Counted from the stretch's first letter, positions 30,914 to 41,982 are shown. The stretch: DNA of 64,000 nt from Fibrobacterales bacterium (GCA_051532035.1 JAOPTW010000014.1:64001-128000), one strand, 5' to 3'. The notes: a model not told the origin generated them from the sequence alone. Made by a program: numbers and translations.

Positions 30914-31810
30914 ATGGAGCAAACCCAATACCAATATAGTAGTACCGAGATATACAAAGCCTACTTTAAGACTATAGGTAAATCCTTTGATTGCGATCTC
31001 AAAAATGAGCCCAAAGTGGTTTCAATTCCACTTCTTGCAAAATACTACGACAATTTTCTCTTTGATGGTTTTGGTACCTTCTACGACAAAAGTGGTCTCT
31101 ATGACTATGCAGAAGAGTCTCTCATGCTCCTCAGGCAACATTTTAAACAAATTAGACTCGTGACCAATTCAGGCTCTCTTACCATAAAAGAAATTCAAAA
31201 AAAACTGAGTGAAGATGGTCTCTATTTTCATCCAACCGAAATTATCAGCTCAGGCTCTCTCTTTAAAACCCTTAATAGTACTCTTAGAATAAGCGAGGCA
31301 TTCCATTTAGGGGCCGATAGTTCCAAAGCACTTGTTGAAGATGGAGGTGTTGCACTAACCACGACCCCCGATCAACCTATTGTCATTCTCAATTCACAAG
31401 ACTTCACGGAGAGTGATTTTGAACATGCTGAAAAAATATTGAGAAAAGACGGGGCACTGCTTATAGTACTCAACCCTGATGCCTTTGCACCTCTCAAAGG
31501 TGAGAATCCTTACCCTACAGTGGGTTACTACGGCTGGGATCTCCATAAACGAACTGACTGCAGAATTCTTCACCTGGGCAAGCCTTATCCTCTTATTTAC
31601 ACCCGCGCCTTACAGTCGCTGATACCCTCAACGGGCTCAGTGATTATGATCGGTGACACCCTCGGTACCGATATCGCAGGAGCCAACTTACAAGGGATCG
31701 ATACTGCCCTTGTCCTTACCGGAAATGGAGCCGAAAGTACTCTCAGAGACGAAGAGTATGAACTCACTATTAGACCTACCTACTACCTTAATAATTTAAA
31801 AGCAAAGTAA
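30914..31810 (+). CDS. HAD-superfamily subfamily IIA hydrolase (NagD-like)
   Basis: FLFDGFGT, LVTNS, LNPD, LGKPYP, MIGDTLGTDIAGA, LVLTG. Confidence 0.9.
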   Translation: MEQTQYQYSSTEIYKAYFKTIGKSFDCDLKNEPKVVSIPLLAKYYDNFLFDGFGTFYDKSGLYDYAEESLMLLRQHFKQIRLVTNSGSLTIKEIQKKLSEDGLYFHPTEIISSGSLFKTLNSTLRISEAFHLGADSSKALVEDGGVALTTTPDQPIVILNSQDFTESDFEHAEKILRKDGALLIVLNPDAFAPLKGENPYPTVGYYGWDLHKRTDCRILHLGKPYPLIYTRALQSLIPSTGSVIMIGDTLGTDIAGANLQGIDTALVLTGNGAESTLRDEEYELTIRPTYYLNNLKAK

Positions 31811-32020
31811 ATTTAATTTTACTTTTTTTAACTTATGTAGCAAAAACCAAGCCCTCTCATATATCTGACAGATACACAATTAAGGTTTTAGTTCAATTTT
31901 TAAGTTTATTATTAAGATCATACCTGAATTGTTAACAATAATTTTGCATTAAACGTTCTTTTATGATAAAATAATCACTCAAACAATTCAAATTCGAATA
32001 CCTTTTAATATGAGGGTTTA

Positions 32021-33355
32021 ATGGCTGTCACAAAAAATATGAAAAAAGCACTTCCTGGAAAATTTTCAGATCCTACCTGGCTCTACTTGAGCTCTATTGG
32101 CAAAGTTCCTCTTTTAACAAAAGAGGAGGAAATTACACTCGCCAAGACAATTAATCAGATTCAAGCTAAAATATGCCTGATTATCTTTGACTCACCAAGC
32201 GTTATTCAAACGATCTCTGAACTTTCAGAGCAATTGCATAACCAAGAGTTTAAGATTGAAGATATCTTTCAGCTCCCCTCTGAAGCATGGGGGAATACAA
32301 CAAAATACGAAGCGGTTGAAGCACAAGTTTTCGAAACATTTAAAGAGCTTGAAAAACGATATAAAACTTGGCAAAAAAATCATCGGACCTATACCCTTTC
32401 CATTGAGCGACAAGAAGACCAAGAAACTATCGATAAAAAAGAAGCCAGAGCCAAGAAGACCTTTAATAAAATTAAAGAACTGACTGTTTCTCTAAAGCTC
32501 AATCATAAGCAGACTGATAAACTAATCAATCAGTATAAAACTCAGTGCACCAAGCATAACATTCATCACGAAAAAATGAAACAACTCTCACAATGGGAGA
32601 TGATTCGTAACCAAACAAAAGAGCGTCTCATTAACGCCAATGTTCGACTCGTTATTAGTGTTGCCAAAAAGTATATTACCCGAGGCATGGAGCTCATTGA
32701 CCTTGTACAAGAGGGAAATACCGGTCTTATTAAAGCGGTCGAAAACTTTGATTATACCAAAGGGTATAAGTTCTCTACCTACTCAACTTGGTGGATTAAA
32801 CAAGCAATCACCCGTGCGATATCAGATAAATCAAAAACAATTCGCATACCTTCAAATATGCAAGATGTCGTTCGCAAAGTATTAAAGGCATCACGTCAGC
32901 TAGTTCAAGATTACGGCTATGAGCCAACGATTGAAGAACTGGTTAATATGACAGGACTTTCGAGTAAAAAAGTAACCCTCGCACTCGAAATTTCACAAGA
33001 ACCAGTTTCACTTGATAATTTTACTTCAGGTGATAATACCACAACATTTTCAGATTTTCTTGCTGATACGACAACCGAAGCACCGTCCCAGTCCATCAAC
33101 AACGAAATTTTGAAAAACCTCATTCACGAAATTCTCGACTCTCTTGATGATAAAGAGGCAGACATTGTTAAAATGCGATTTGGCATAGACGATGGACGTA
33201 TTAAAACTCTAAAGGAGACAGGAGAGATTTTTAACATTTCACGGGAACGGGTAAGACAAATTGAATCGAAGGCTATTTCTAAATTGAAACATCCAAGTAG
33301 GATGAAGCAACTCATGGAATACTCTTCAAATATTCAAGATCTTAATGTATTTTAG
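32021..33355 (+). CDS. RpoD/SigA-family sigma-70 factor lacking region 1.1 (probably an alternative sigma)
   Basis: Region 1.2 [67 protein letters not shown]. Confidence 0.92.
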   Translation: MAVTKNMKKALPGKFSDPTWLYLSSIGKVPLLTKEEEITLAKTINQIQAKICLIIFDSPSVIQTISELSEQLHNQEFKIEDIFQLPSEAWGNTTKYEAVEAQVFETFKELEKRYKTWQKNHRTYTLSIERQEDQETIDKKEARAKKTFNKIKELTVSLKLNHKQTDKLINQYKTQCTKHNIHHEKMKQLSQWEMIRNQTKERLINANVRLVISVAKKYITRGMELIDLVQEGNTGLIKAVENFDYTKGYKFSTYSTWWIKQAITRAISDKSKTIRIPSNMQDVVRKVLKASRQLVQDYGYEPTIEELVNMTGLSSKKVTLALEISQEPVSLDNFTSGDNTTTFSDFLADTTTEAPSQSINNEILKNLIHEILDSLDDKEADIVKMRFGIDDGRIKTLKETGEIFNISRERVRQIESKAISKLKHPSRMKQLMEYSSNIQDLNVF

Positions 33356-34736
33356 GGGTATGAAATTATTTAGTAATTCATACATAGAACAGTTGCAGTA
33401 CCGTTTGGAAAATAGAGCTTTTTTAGCCAAAATCAAACGGGATCGCAGATCTGTAGCCCAGGCTTTCAAGCCGGACTCAGTCAATATCCCGTTCTATACC
33501 CCCATAAATATTGAAATTCCAGAGCTTGATTTTCAAGCTCCTTTTCAGTTTCTCAGACCCCATGTTTTAAAGTTTTTGATTGCACTTTCTATTATCGCCG
33601 TCGGATATGTATCAGTAATGGTACTCCCCGATATGATCGGATCGGACAGCGTAGTAGAACCCTCAGTAAAGCCTACCGAAACCCCAAAAACACTCACAAA
33701 ACCGATCCCAGCCATTACCAAGACCAAAGAGGTCACACCAACGACCCAAAAAGAAGATGCTGAACCTGTTTCAGTAATTCCCCTTCCCAAACATGCAGTA
33801 CTGGTTATCAAATCGACAAAAGCGCTTCACATTGTAAAGCAGACAAATCAAAAATGGGATATCGTACAAAGTCTCAGTATCGCAACGGGTGAATTTGAAG
33901 GTGACAAACAGGTCGAAGGTGACAAAAAAACGCCTGAAGGCAACTATTTCATAAAAGATGTGCGTACAGGTAAGTCTCAAGGATATCTTTATGGGGCCCT
34001 GGTTTTCAAATTAAATTACCCTAATGAAACTGATGTTAAGAGCGGAAAAACAGGGAGTGGCATCTGGATTCATGGTGTAGAGTTTGGCCTCACTCCTGTT
34101 TACACCAAAGGGTGTATTGCCCTTGCAAACAAAGATGTTGTCAAGCTTGCCCCATACCTTACAGTGGGCACCCCAGTAACCATACTTGCAGAACCGCCGA
34201 AGCAAAAACTCGAAGAGATCTTTTCTATTGCCCGGCTTTCTAAAGAGTACCCAGACATTTACAATAAACATGTCAAAGGTGGGCAAGGGAAAGATCAACT
34301 TGCATCCATTTTTTCACAAGCAAATACATTCTCCCAAAGAGAATCAAACTATCTTACTAAAGAAAAAATTCAATCAACTTCACAAGAAACCTATGATTAC
34401 TTCAGAGAGTTCGTGAGTAAGTGGAAAGCCGCATGGGAGTCCCGCAACGCAAAAGAATATGGCACCTTCTATCACCCTAACTTTGTTGATAATAGAAGCC
34501 GAAATAAAGAGACATTTATAGAGAGAAAAACGATGATTTTTGGCAGTAAGGATTCTATCAGTGTAAAAGTTGAAAGAATCCAAGTGTTCCACAAAAGTGA
34601 CACCCTTATTCAGGTATCATTTTTGCAAGATTACACAGCCTTCACTGGATCACAATCCAAAAATTGGGGCAAGCGCACAAAACACCTCTATTTAAAAAAA
34701 CATAACGATAACTGGTTAATAAATACCGAAAAGTAG
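33345..34736 (+). CDS. YkuD-family L,D-transpeptidase/carboxypeptidase with C-terminal NTF2-like domain (Csd6/Pgp2-like)
   Basis: TM anchor, Pro/Thr linker, [23 protein letters not shown]...TKGCIAL (His/Cys), WKAAWES....Y..FY...F. Confidence 0.88.
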   Translation: MYFRGMKLFSNSYIEQLQYRLENRAFLAKIKRDRRSVAQAFKPDSVNIPFYTPINIEIPELDFQAPFQFLRPHVLKFLIALSIIAVGYVSVMVLPDMIGSDSVVEPSVKPTETPKTLTKPIPAITKTKEVTPTTQKEDAEPVSVIPLPKHAVLVIKSTKALHIVKQTNQKWDIVQSLSIATGEFEGDKQVEGDKKTPEGNYFIKDVRTGKSQGYLYGALVFKLNYPNETDVKSGKTGSGIWIHGVEFGLTPVYTKGCIALANKDVVKLAPYLTVGTPVTILAEPPKQKLEEIFSIARLSKEYPDIYNKHVKGGQGKDQLASIFSQANTFSQRESNYLTKEKIQSTSQETYDYFREFVSKWKAAWESRNAKEYGTFYHPNFVDNRSRNKETFIERKTMIFGSKDSISVKVERIQVFHKSDTLIQVSFLQDYTAFTGSQSKNWGKRTKHLYLKKHNDNWLINTEK

Positions 34737-34744
34737 AAGACGTC

Positions 34745-36937
34745 ATGAGTGATACAAACGATACCAATCAAAATTACGAAGAGCTTACAACAAAAGTTAC
34801 CTCTTTGCAATCCGAAGTTTCGGAGTTACGTGAGCAAAACAAAAACTTGCCCGTTCTCACCCAAAAAATATCCGAGTTTGATGAGACTAATGCGCTGCAA
34901 CTCCGTAACCTTGAAGAAGATTATCGCAGACAAGCTGTTATTGTTAAAGAGCATATGCAAGAAATCACCGAGTCTCTCAATGAGTTCGATGATCAGAAGC
35001 TTGCTATTGAAAAAAATGGTAAACGTGCATCATATATTAAGAACAAGATACATAGTCTAGAACTCCAGAAAAATGTTGTCGACCGCGCCCTCGAAGATGC
35101 CAGTATGCTGAACCGACTCTTGTGGGAAAATAAGAAAAAAATTAAAGAACTGGAATCTGAAAATAAACTCATTACCAAAGCAGATAAAAACATCACTCGT
35201 CTCGATACTATACTCACTCGTATCGAAACCAAATATCCCGAATTAAAAGATGTTGAAAAAGCACTGAGAAACTCAAAACAGTTCATTAATGACCTCAACG
35301 AACTTGAAGCCACTATGGAAGAGAAGTATGAGAACTTCAACACCAGTCGCCAAGTTATAGATGAAACGCTCCAGAAGGCCGATAAGGTTCAGGCCCAAAT
35401 AAGTGAAGTACAAGATTTTACCGGCCGACTCGAAGATCAGAAGAAACATTTTTCGTCAGTTATGAATTCACTGAGTAAATCAGAACTCACTGTACGTGAT
35501 ATCGAAAACCGCATTGTAGAACTCAAAAAATTTGAGACTCAAATTGAATCACTTTCTGAAAAAAGTGAGCATACAGAAGAGAACCTCAAGAGACTCGAAA
35601 ACACCATCAAAGCCTCCCATGAGAAACAGAGTACCATTGATTCTGAACTCGGACGTTTGCAAGAAGTATCAGATGATTTAAATAAACTCGAAGGTCAACT
35701 CGCTTCAATACACGAAGAGAAATCTCATATCCATGAAGTTGAGGAAAAAATTAATGCCCTCATGAACCATGGCAAAGAGGTCGGACACCAAATTGAGTTC
35801 CTTGAAAATGTAAAAAGACAGATTCAAGATCTTACCATAAACCAAGAGAAGGTTAAAAACTCATACGAGAACTCACTTAATAAAATTGAGAAACTCGAAG
35901 AGAAAACAATCCAGTTTGAAGAGCTCCACAAGAAGATAAATCTTGTGGAAAAAGCACACCAACAGATTAAAACCCATATTCTCAAACAAGGTAATGTTAT
36001 CGACACCCTCGATAAACGTACCGCAACACTTAATTCAACTCTTGATGAATTTGCTCTTCGATTTCACGATCTCCAACAACAAGAAGATCGCGCTCATTCA
36101 CTCAATTCACGTCTTCAATATATGGAAAAACTCGAAAAGCAGATCGAAGACAAAATTATGAGTATGAATTCGCAAGATTTAGAACTTTCAAAAAAGAACG
36201 AAAGTCTTATGGAGCAAACCCAACAGCTCAAAGCTCTTACCGAAAGCCTACCTATTCAGTTTGCTAAAAATAAAGATGAATTCAAAGCGATCGAAAAACA
36301 ATTCAGACAGTATACTGACAACTTTGAAGACCTCGAAACTAAAATTGGCAAAAAGCTCGCAACCCTCGATTCAGAAAAAGATGTCATTACCCAACTTGAA
36401 AATAAATTTCACGAGACATCATCAATGGTCGACAAACTCAACATTGATATTGAGACCCTTCAAAAACAGAGAAGTCATATTGAAGAGGCTGATGCACGTA
36501 TTAAACAGCTCGACCTCACAATCGACAAACTCCACAGTAGTATCGATGATATTTCTAATGAGCATAGAGGTATCAGACAGGCACAAGAGTCAATCAATAA
36601 TCTCAGTGAAGTAATCTCGACAACTGATGAGAAAATTTCTCTCATACAGTCAACTCAAGATGAACTTAAAGCTATAGAAAATTCTCATGTTCAAGTCCAA
36701 AACTCCATGGTTCAGCTCGAGCAGAAGATGAAAGAGGTCTCAGTTATGCGCAGCATGCTCAAAGACTCTGAGAAGAAAATGTCTACCTTACAAAATCTCT
36801 TTACCGAAATTCAGTCCGAAACTGAACTTTTGAGTGAAGAAAAAATCCGTATTACCGAGATATCTGAACAAATCGCAAAACTTGAGTATCTTTTAGGCGA
36901 AGCAGATGCAAAGATAAACAACCTAGAAAACGGATAA
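34745..36937 (+). CDS. Long coiled-coil protein built from about 31-residue repeats
   Basis: E/K/L/Q-rich, only three Pro, no TM segment or ATPase motifs; hydrophobic register repeats every 31 aa. Confidence 0.85.
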   Translation: MSDTNDTNQNYEELTTKVTSLQSEVSELREQNKNLPVLTQKISEFDETNALQLRNLEEDYRRQAVIVKEHMQEITESLNEFDDQKLAIEKNGKRASYIKNKIHSLELQKNVVDRALEDASMLNRLLWENKKKIKELESENKLITKADKNITRLDTILTRIETKYPELKDVEKALRNSKQFINDLNELEATMEEKYENFNTSRQVIDETLQKADKVQAQISEVQDFTGRLEDQKKHFSSVMNSLSKSELTVRDIENRIVELKKFETQIESLSEKSEHTEENLKRLENTIKASHEKQSTIDSELGRLQEVSDDLNKLEGQLASIHEEKSHIHEVEEKINALMNHGKEVGHQIEFLENVKRQIQDLTINQEKVKNSYENSLNKIEKLEEKTIQFEELHKKINLVEKAHQQIKTHILKQGNVIDTLDKRTATLNSTLDEFALRFHDLQQQEDRAHSLNSRLQYMEKLEKQIEDKIMSMNSQDLELSKKNESLMEQTQQLKALTESLPIQFAKNKDEFKAIEKQFRQYTDNFEDLETKIGKKLATLDSEKDVITQLENKFHETSSMVDKLNIDIETLQKQRSHIEEADARIKQLDLTIDKLHSSIDDISNEHRGIRQAQESINNLSEVISTTDEKISLIQSTQDELKAIENSHVQVQNSMVQLEQKMKEVSVMRSMLKDSEKKMSTLQNLFTEIQSETELLSEEKIRITEISEQIAKLEYLLGEADAKINNLENG

Positions 36938-36938
36938 T

Positions 36939-39083
36939 ATGACCTCAGTACCGCGCCCATCAATAATTCAGGATAGTGAAATAACCCGTGAACACCTCCT
37001 GAGCTACATCCAAAAAAAAAATAACGCGGTAGATCTTGAGCAGATCGGCAAAGCCATCATATTTTCAATTGAAGCCCATGCAAACCAATTTCGCAAAAGT
37101 GGCATGCCCTATGCAGAGCATCCTATTGAAGTGGCAAAAATTCTTGCAGATTACCAGGTAGATACCGCTACCATCATTGCAGGTCTTCTTCATGATGTTA
37201 TTGAAGATACCTCTTTTACCTTTAATGATATTAAAGAAAAATTCGATTACGAAATAGCCTTTATGGTTGATGCGGTTACTAAAATTTCGGCCCTCCAAGA
37301 GAAATCTCGCATCGATAGAAAAGCCGAAACCTATCGTAAACTCCTTCTCTCCATGGCCAAAGATACACGGGTGATCATGATTAAGTTTGCCGACCGGCTT
37401 CATAACATGCGCACCCTCACCTATGTGCCTTCTGACAAAAAGAAGACTATTGCAACTGAGACCCTCGAAGTGTATGCACCTCTTGCCCACCGTTTTGGTC
37501 TTAATAAAATAAAATCCGAACTTGAAGACCTCTCATTTAAATACCTAAACCCCGATCAATACAACTTTTTAATTCAATGTTTCTTTGAAGATAAAGATGA
37601 GCGTGAGAAATATATTAAACATGTGGTCGAAACACTCCAGCTAAAGCTCAATGCTGAGGCCATTCCCGCCACTGTACAAGGTCGTCCTAAAAACCTCTAT
37701 TCGATTCACAAAAAAATGTCGAGTCGTGGCTGTTCCTTTGATGAAATTTTCGACCTTTTCGCCATTAGAATAATTGTAGATGACCCTAATAGCTGTTATT
37801 CAGTACTTGGCCATGTACACAACCTTTGGCGCCCTCTTCAATCACGTTTCAAAGACTTTATTGCACTTCCAAAATCCAACCTCTACCAATCACTGCACAC
37901 AACCGTTGTAGGGCCTGCAGAAAAACTGATAGAAATCCAACTCCGTACCAAGGAGATGGACACTGTCTCAGAACGTGGTTTCGCCGCACACTGGTCCTAT
38001 AAAGAGATCAATGATTCTTCTCATCACATTGACTGGCTCGACCAGATGGTGAATATTCAGAAAGAGATCTCCGATTCAAGTGAATTCCTCGAATTTTTTA
38101 GAATAGACCTTAAACCAAAAGAGCTTATAGTATACACCCCAAAAGGTGATACCATATCACTCCCCGACGGTGCTACCGTTCTTGATTTTGCATTTGCAAT
38201 TCATACCAATATTGGTTCACACTGTATTGGCGCCAAAATTGATGAGCAATTTGTGAATATCGACCATGTCCTCGTCTATGGTAACAGAATAAACATTATT
38301 AAGAGTGAGCATCAACAGCCTACTCTTGACTGGCTCAACGTCTGCAAAACGCACAAAGCAAAAGCGGCAGTTCGCAAATGGCACAGAAAATTTGAAAACT
38401 CCCAGATTGTCAATCTCGGAAAAGCAATTCTCAAACGCGAATACAAACACCTTAAAATAATTAAGGAGCACCAGTTAAAGCTTTTCGATTTTAACAACGA
38501 ATTTGGAATGCATAAAACATGGGACGCTTTTTTCCACCGACTCGGCACCGGTGACATATCAATTCACCACCTTGGTAGATACCTCAGTCAACACTACATG
38601 ACTGGTCCAGAAGAAAGTAAATCACTCGTAACGACTCCAGAACAGTATTTTATGGTGAGCAAACAGAGCAATATGATGATCTCATTTCCTAAATGCTGTC
38701 ATCCACTACCAGGAGATGATATCGTTGGATACCTCTCACATGGCACCGGTATTATAATCCACAAAGTGTCGTGCAGTAAAGCTGATAATGTGCGAGAGAA
38801 TGAAAATTTTATACCCGTACAATGGGATAGTACTTCCGATGTTAACTACGATGTGCGCTTAGAAGTTCTTGCTAACAATCGCAACCAACTACTCGACCAA
38901 ATAACCACTGTATTCTCTAAACATTCCGGTATTGCAATTGACCGAGCTTCTGTCGTAACGGCAGGAACCCAAGCACGGAATCGTTTCCGACTCAAGGTAA
39001 AAGATCTCTATCAACTAAAAGAGGTGATGGACGACATTAAAAACATACCGGGTGTACTTAAAGTATACCGTAACGAAAGGTAG
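36939..39083 (+). CDS. rel: Bifunctional (p)ppGpp synthetase/hydrolase (long RSH)
   Basis: HANQFRKSG.PY..HP, LHDVIED (HD), ADRLHNMRTL, RFKD, YQSLHT, EIQLRT, TGS (TPKGD...DFAFAIHT), CCHP.PGD, ACT domain. Confidence 0.95.
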   Translation: MTSVPRPSIIQDSEITREHLLSYIQKKNNAVDLEQIGKAIIFSIEAHANQFRKSGMPYAEHPIEVAKILADYQVDTATIIAGLLHDVIEDTSFTFNDIKEKFDYEIAFMVDAVTKISALQEKSRIDRKAETYRKLLLSMAKDTRVIMIKFADRLHNMRTLTYVPSDKKKTIATETLEVYAPLAHRFGLNKIKSELEDLSFKYLNPDQYNFLIQCFFEDKDEREKYIKHVVETLQLKLNAEAIPATVQGRPKNLYSIHKKMSSRGCSFDEIFDLFAIRIIVDDPNSCYSVLGHVHNLWRPLQSRFKDFIALPKSNLYQSLHTTVVGPAEKLIEIQLRTKEMDTVSERGFAAHWSYKEINDSSHHIDWLDQMVNIQKEISDSSEFLEFFRIDLKPKELIVYTPKGDTISLPDGATVLDFAFAIHTNIGSHCIGAKIDEQFVNIDHVLVYGNRINIIKSEHQQPTLDWLNVCKTHKAKAAVRKWHRKFENSQIVNLGKAILKREYKHLKIIKEHQLKLFDFNNEFGMHKTWDAFFHRLGTGDISIHHLGRYLSQHYMTGPEESKSLVTTPEQYFMVSKQSNMMISFPKCCHPLPGDDIVGYLSHGTGIIIHKVSCSKADNVRENENFIPVQWDSTSDVNYDVRLEVLANNRNQLLDQITTVFSKHSGIAIDRASVVTAGTQARNRFRLKVKDLYQLKEVMDDIKNIPGVLKVYRNER

Positions 39084-39089
39084 TACCCG

Positions 39090-39656
39090 ATGGATTCAAT
39101 TATTCAAAACAGAAGATTTGCATGCCTCCAACGTAATGCCGCATACGAAAAGGTGCTCACTTTTCTCAAGCAGTTTCATCTTAATAACCCTTGTAATACC
39201 TCTGAAGAGTGTCGTGAGATTTCGGATCTCAATGCAATCCTAAAGCTCCTTGACACCTGTATTCGCTTTTCAAAAGATGCAATCTGGGGTATAGATCGTG
39301 AACAAATCCAACACTATAGAGAAAACCAAAACTATGGGGTTCTACAAGAAGAGATCTTCTTTATTAAATATCTCAACGAAATTAAAAATTCAATTGAATA
39401 TGAACGTTGCCGTCTTGAAACCGACCTTGAGCTTGATGGCTATATTGCAGACCTAGACAAGCTACGAACTCCTGGTCAAGAACGCGGGTATGTTGAAGAC
39501 ATTCAAGAATATACCACCCAACTCAAAGATATTAATCTCGACTATTTTGAAAAAATAGCTCAGGTTGGCACCCCAATTGACAGCCGTTATAAACTCGGTA
39601 GAATTCTCTTTAGTGTCATCAAAGAGAACCCCAAAAAGCTCTATGAAGAAATGTAA
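39090..39656 (+). CDS. Hypothetical protein
   Basis: 188-aa ORF 6 bp after rel with similar codon style; no motif recognised. Confidence 0.75.
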   Translation: MDSIIQNRRFACLQRNAAYEKVLTFLKQFHLNNPCNTSEECREISDLNAILKLLDTCIRFSKDAIWGIDREQIQHYRENQNYGVLQEEIFFIKYLNEIKNSIEYERCRLETDLELDGYIADLDKLRTPGQERGYVEDIQEYTTQLKDINLDYFEKIAQVGTPIDSRYKLGRILFSVIKENPKKLYEEM

Positions 39657-39870
39657 TGCTCATTATTTACATGAGATTACACCCTCCCAAATTTTGGTAA
39701 TTTGGACCTTTTTTACCATTTAAGAGCTTCTCTTCCATACAATCACAAATACTATAACACTACATTGCCCATCTCGGTAGCTAATTGAAGCTATCGGGTT
39801 GCAATTTATGCCTCATTTTTTAAATTTAGCGCCAATTCAAACAAAAATTAAACCTAAAATCGAGAAGCTT

Positions 39871-41955
39871 ATGAGACCTCTAGAAAAGCAAAGGAATATA
39901 GGCATTAGTGCACATATTGACTCTGGTAAAACAACACTAACAGAACGTATTCTGTACTACACTGACAAAATTCATGCTATCCACGAAGTTCGTGGTAAAG
40001 ATGGTGTTGGCGCAGTTATGGATAACATGGAGCTCGAAAGAGAGCGTGGTATTACCATCGCTTCTGCAGCAACCTATTGTCAGTGGAAAGAAAACCCTAT
40101 CAACATTATTGATACTCCGGGTCACGTTGACTTTACTATCGAAGTAGAGCGTTCTTTACGTGTACTTGACGGTGGTATCATGGTACTTTGTGGTGTTTCG
40201 GGTGTACAATCTCAGTCAATTACTGTTGACCGTCAAATGAAACGTTATAACGTTCCACGTGTCGCTTTTATTAATAAGCTTGACCGTTCAGGAGCTGACC
40301 CAGAAAAAGTAACTGAGCAACTTCGTGAAAAGCTTAATCTTAATGCTGTTCAAGTTCAATCTACAATCGGCCTAGAAGACAAACTTACTGGTGTTCTTGA
40401 TCTTGTTAAAATGAGAGCATTCTATTTTGAAGGTGAAGAGGGTAAAGAAGTTCGCGAAGACGAAATTCCTGCTGATCTTCTTCAAAAAGCAAAAGATATG
40501 AGAGAGAACCTTCTTGACGAAATTTCTCACTTTTCTGATGACATCATGGAACTTATGATGGAAGAACAGGAAGTTCCTGAAGATCTTCTCATTGCAACAA
40601 TCCGTAAAGCTACTCTTGCACTCAGCTTTGTACCAGTATTCTGTGGTTCTGCATACAAAAATGTTGGTGTACAAAAACTTCTTGATGGCGTGAATGATTA
40701 TCTTCCGAATCCATACGATGTTGAAAACAAAGCACTCGACATCGACGATAATGAGAAAGAGATTATTCTTGAGTCAGATGCTGATGCTTCATTTGTTGCA
40801 TACGCATTTAAACTTGAAGATGGCCGTTTTGGTCAACTTTCATACCTCCGTGTGTACCAAGGTACACTCAAAAAAGGTATGACTATTTTCAACCAAACTA
40901 CTGGTAAGAAAAATAATGTTGGGCGTCTTGTTCGTATGCACTCTGATGATATGGAAGAGATCTCTGAAGCAAAAGCTGGTGATATCGTAGCTATCTTCGG
41001 TATTGACTGCGCAACTGGTACTACTTTTACTGATGGTAAATTAAACGTGAACATGACTTCTATGCACGTACCAAACCCAGTAATCGAACTTGTTATCGAA
41101 TGTCAAAATCGTGATGCTATGGCGAGCCTTTCAAAAGGTCTTAATCGTTTTACTAAAGAAGATCCAACATTCCAAGTGTATGTTGACAATGAATCTGGTC
41201 AAACAATCATCAAAGGTATGGGTGAGCTTCACCTTGAAGTTTACATCGAACGTCTTAAACGTGAATTTGGTGTAGAGCTTACAACCGGTAAACCTCAGGT
41301 TGCATTCAGAGAAACTATTGCTATTGCAACTACTTTTGATTACACGCACAAAAAACAAACAGGTGGTTCTGGACAATTTGCGAAAGTTGTTGGTAAAATG
41401 ATCCCTCTCGACCTTGAAGAATCTGAAGAGAACTATGTCTTCCAATCAAACATTGTTGGTGGTAACATTCCTAAAGAATTCATTCCTGCGTGTGATAAAG
41501 GATTTAAATCATGCATGGATGCCGGTAGCTTGATTGGCTTCCCTGTTCTTGGTGTTAAAATTGAACTTGACGATGGTGCATACCATGACGTGGATTCATC
41601 AGACATGGCTTTCCAAGTCTGTTCACGTTCTGCATTCCGTCAGGCATACGAAAGAGCACAACCATCAATTCTTGAGCCTATCATGAAAGTTGAAGTTGAA
41701 ACCCCAACAGAGTTCCAAGGTACTATTCTTGGTAACATCAATCAACGTCGTGGAATGATCCAAGGGTCTACCGAAGATGGTAATTTTACTATCGTTACCG
41801 CTGAAGTTCCCCTTTCTGAAATGTTTGGTTACGCAACTGAGTTGAGATCACAATCTCAAGGTAAAGCTGAATTCTCAATGGAATTTGCTAAATACGCTCG
41901 CGTACCAAAAAGTGTTTCTGAAGATCTTATGGCTGAACACAAATCTGGAAAATAA
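39871..41955 (+). CDS. fusA: Elongation factor G
   Basis: [59 protein letters not shown] 39871 preferred to the track's TTG 39799. Confidence 0.97.
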   Translation: MRPLEKQRNIGISAHIDSGKTTLTERILYYTDKIHAIHEVRGKDGVGAVMDNMELERERGITIASAATYCQWKENPINIIDTPGHVDFTIEVERSLRVLDGGIMVLCGVSGVQSQSITVDRQMKRYNVPRVAFINKLDRSGADPEKVTEQLREKLNLNAVQVQSTIGLEDKLTGVLDLVKMRAFYFEGEEGKEVREDEIPADLLQKAKDMRENLLDEISHFSDDIMELMMEEQEVPEDLLIATIRKATLALSFVPVFCGSAYKNVGVQKLLDGVNDYLPNPYDVENKALDIDDNEKEIILESDADASFVAYAFKLEDGRFGQLSYLRVYQGTLKKGMTIFNQTTGKKNNVGRLVRMHSDDMEEISEAKAGDIVAIFGIDCATGTTFTDGKLNVNMTSMHVPNPVIELVIECQNRDAMASLSKGLNRFTKEDPTFQVYVDNESGQTIIKGMGELHLEVYIERLKREFGVELTTGKPQVAFRETIAIATTFDYTHKKQTGGSGQFAKVVGKMIPLDLEESEENYVFQSNIVGGNIPKEFIPACDKGFKSCMDAGSLIGFPVLGVKIELDDGAYHDVDSSDMAFQVCSRSAFRQAYERAQPSILEPIMKVEVETPTEFQGTILGNINQRRGMIQGSTEDGNFTIVTAEVPLSEMFGYATELRSQSQGKAEFSMEFAKYARVPKSVSEDLMAEHKSGK

Positions 41956-41982
41956 TACATTTACCGTAACGGTGACGATTAT

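Noticed and set aside
31050..31085. HAD motif I reading DGFGT instead of DxDGT as another dead enzyme
   Set aside because: The nucleophilic Asp is present, and substitution at the second position occurs naturally in HAD-IIA subgroups.
34745..36937. SMC/SbcC or phage tape-measure assignment for the coiled-coil gene
   Set aside because: No Walker motifs, hinge or Zn-hook, and no phage genes nearby.
39799..39870. N-terminal extension of EF-G from TTG 39799
   Set aside because: EF-G homology begins at [11 protein letters not shown] (ATG 39871).
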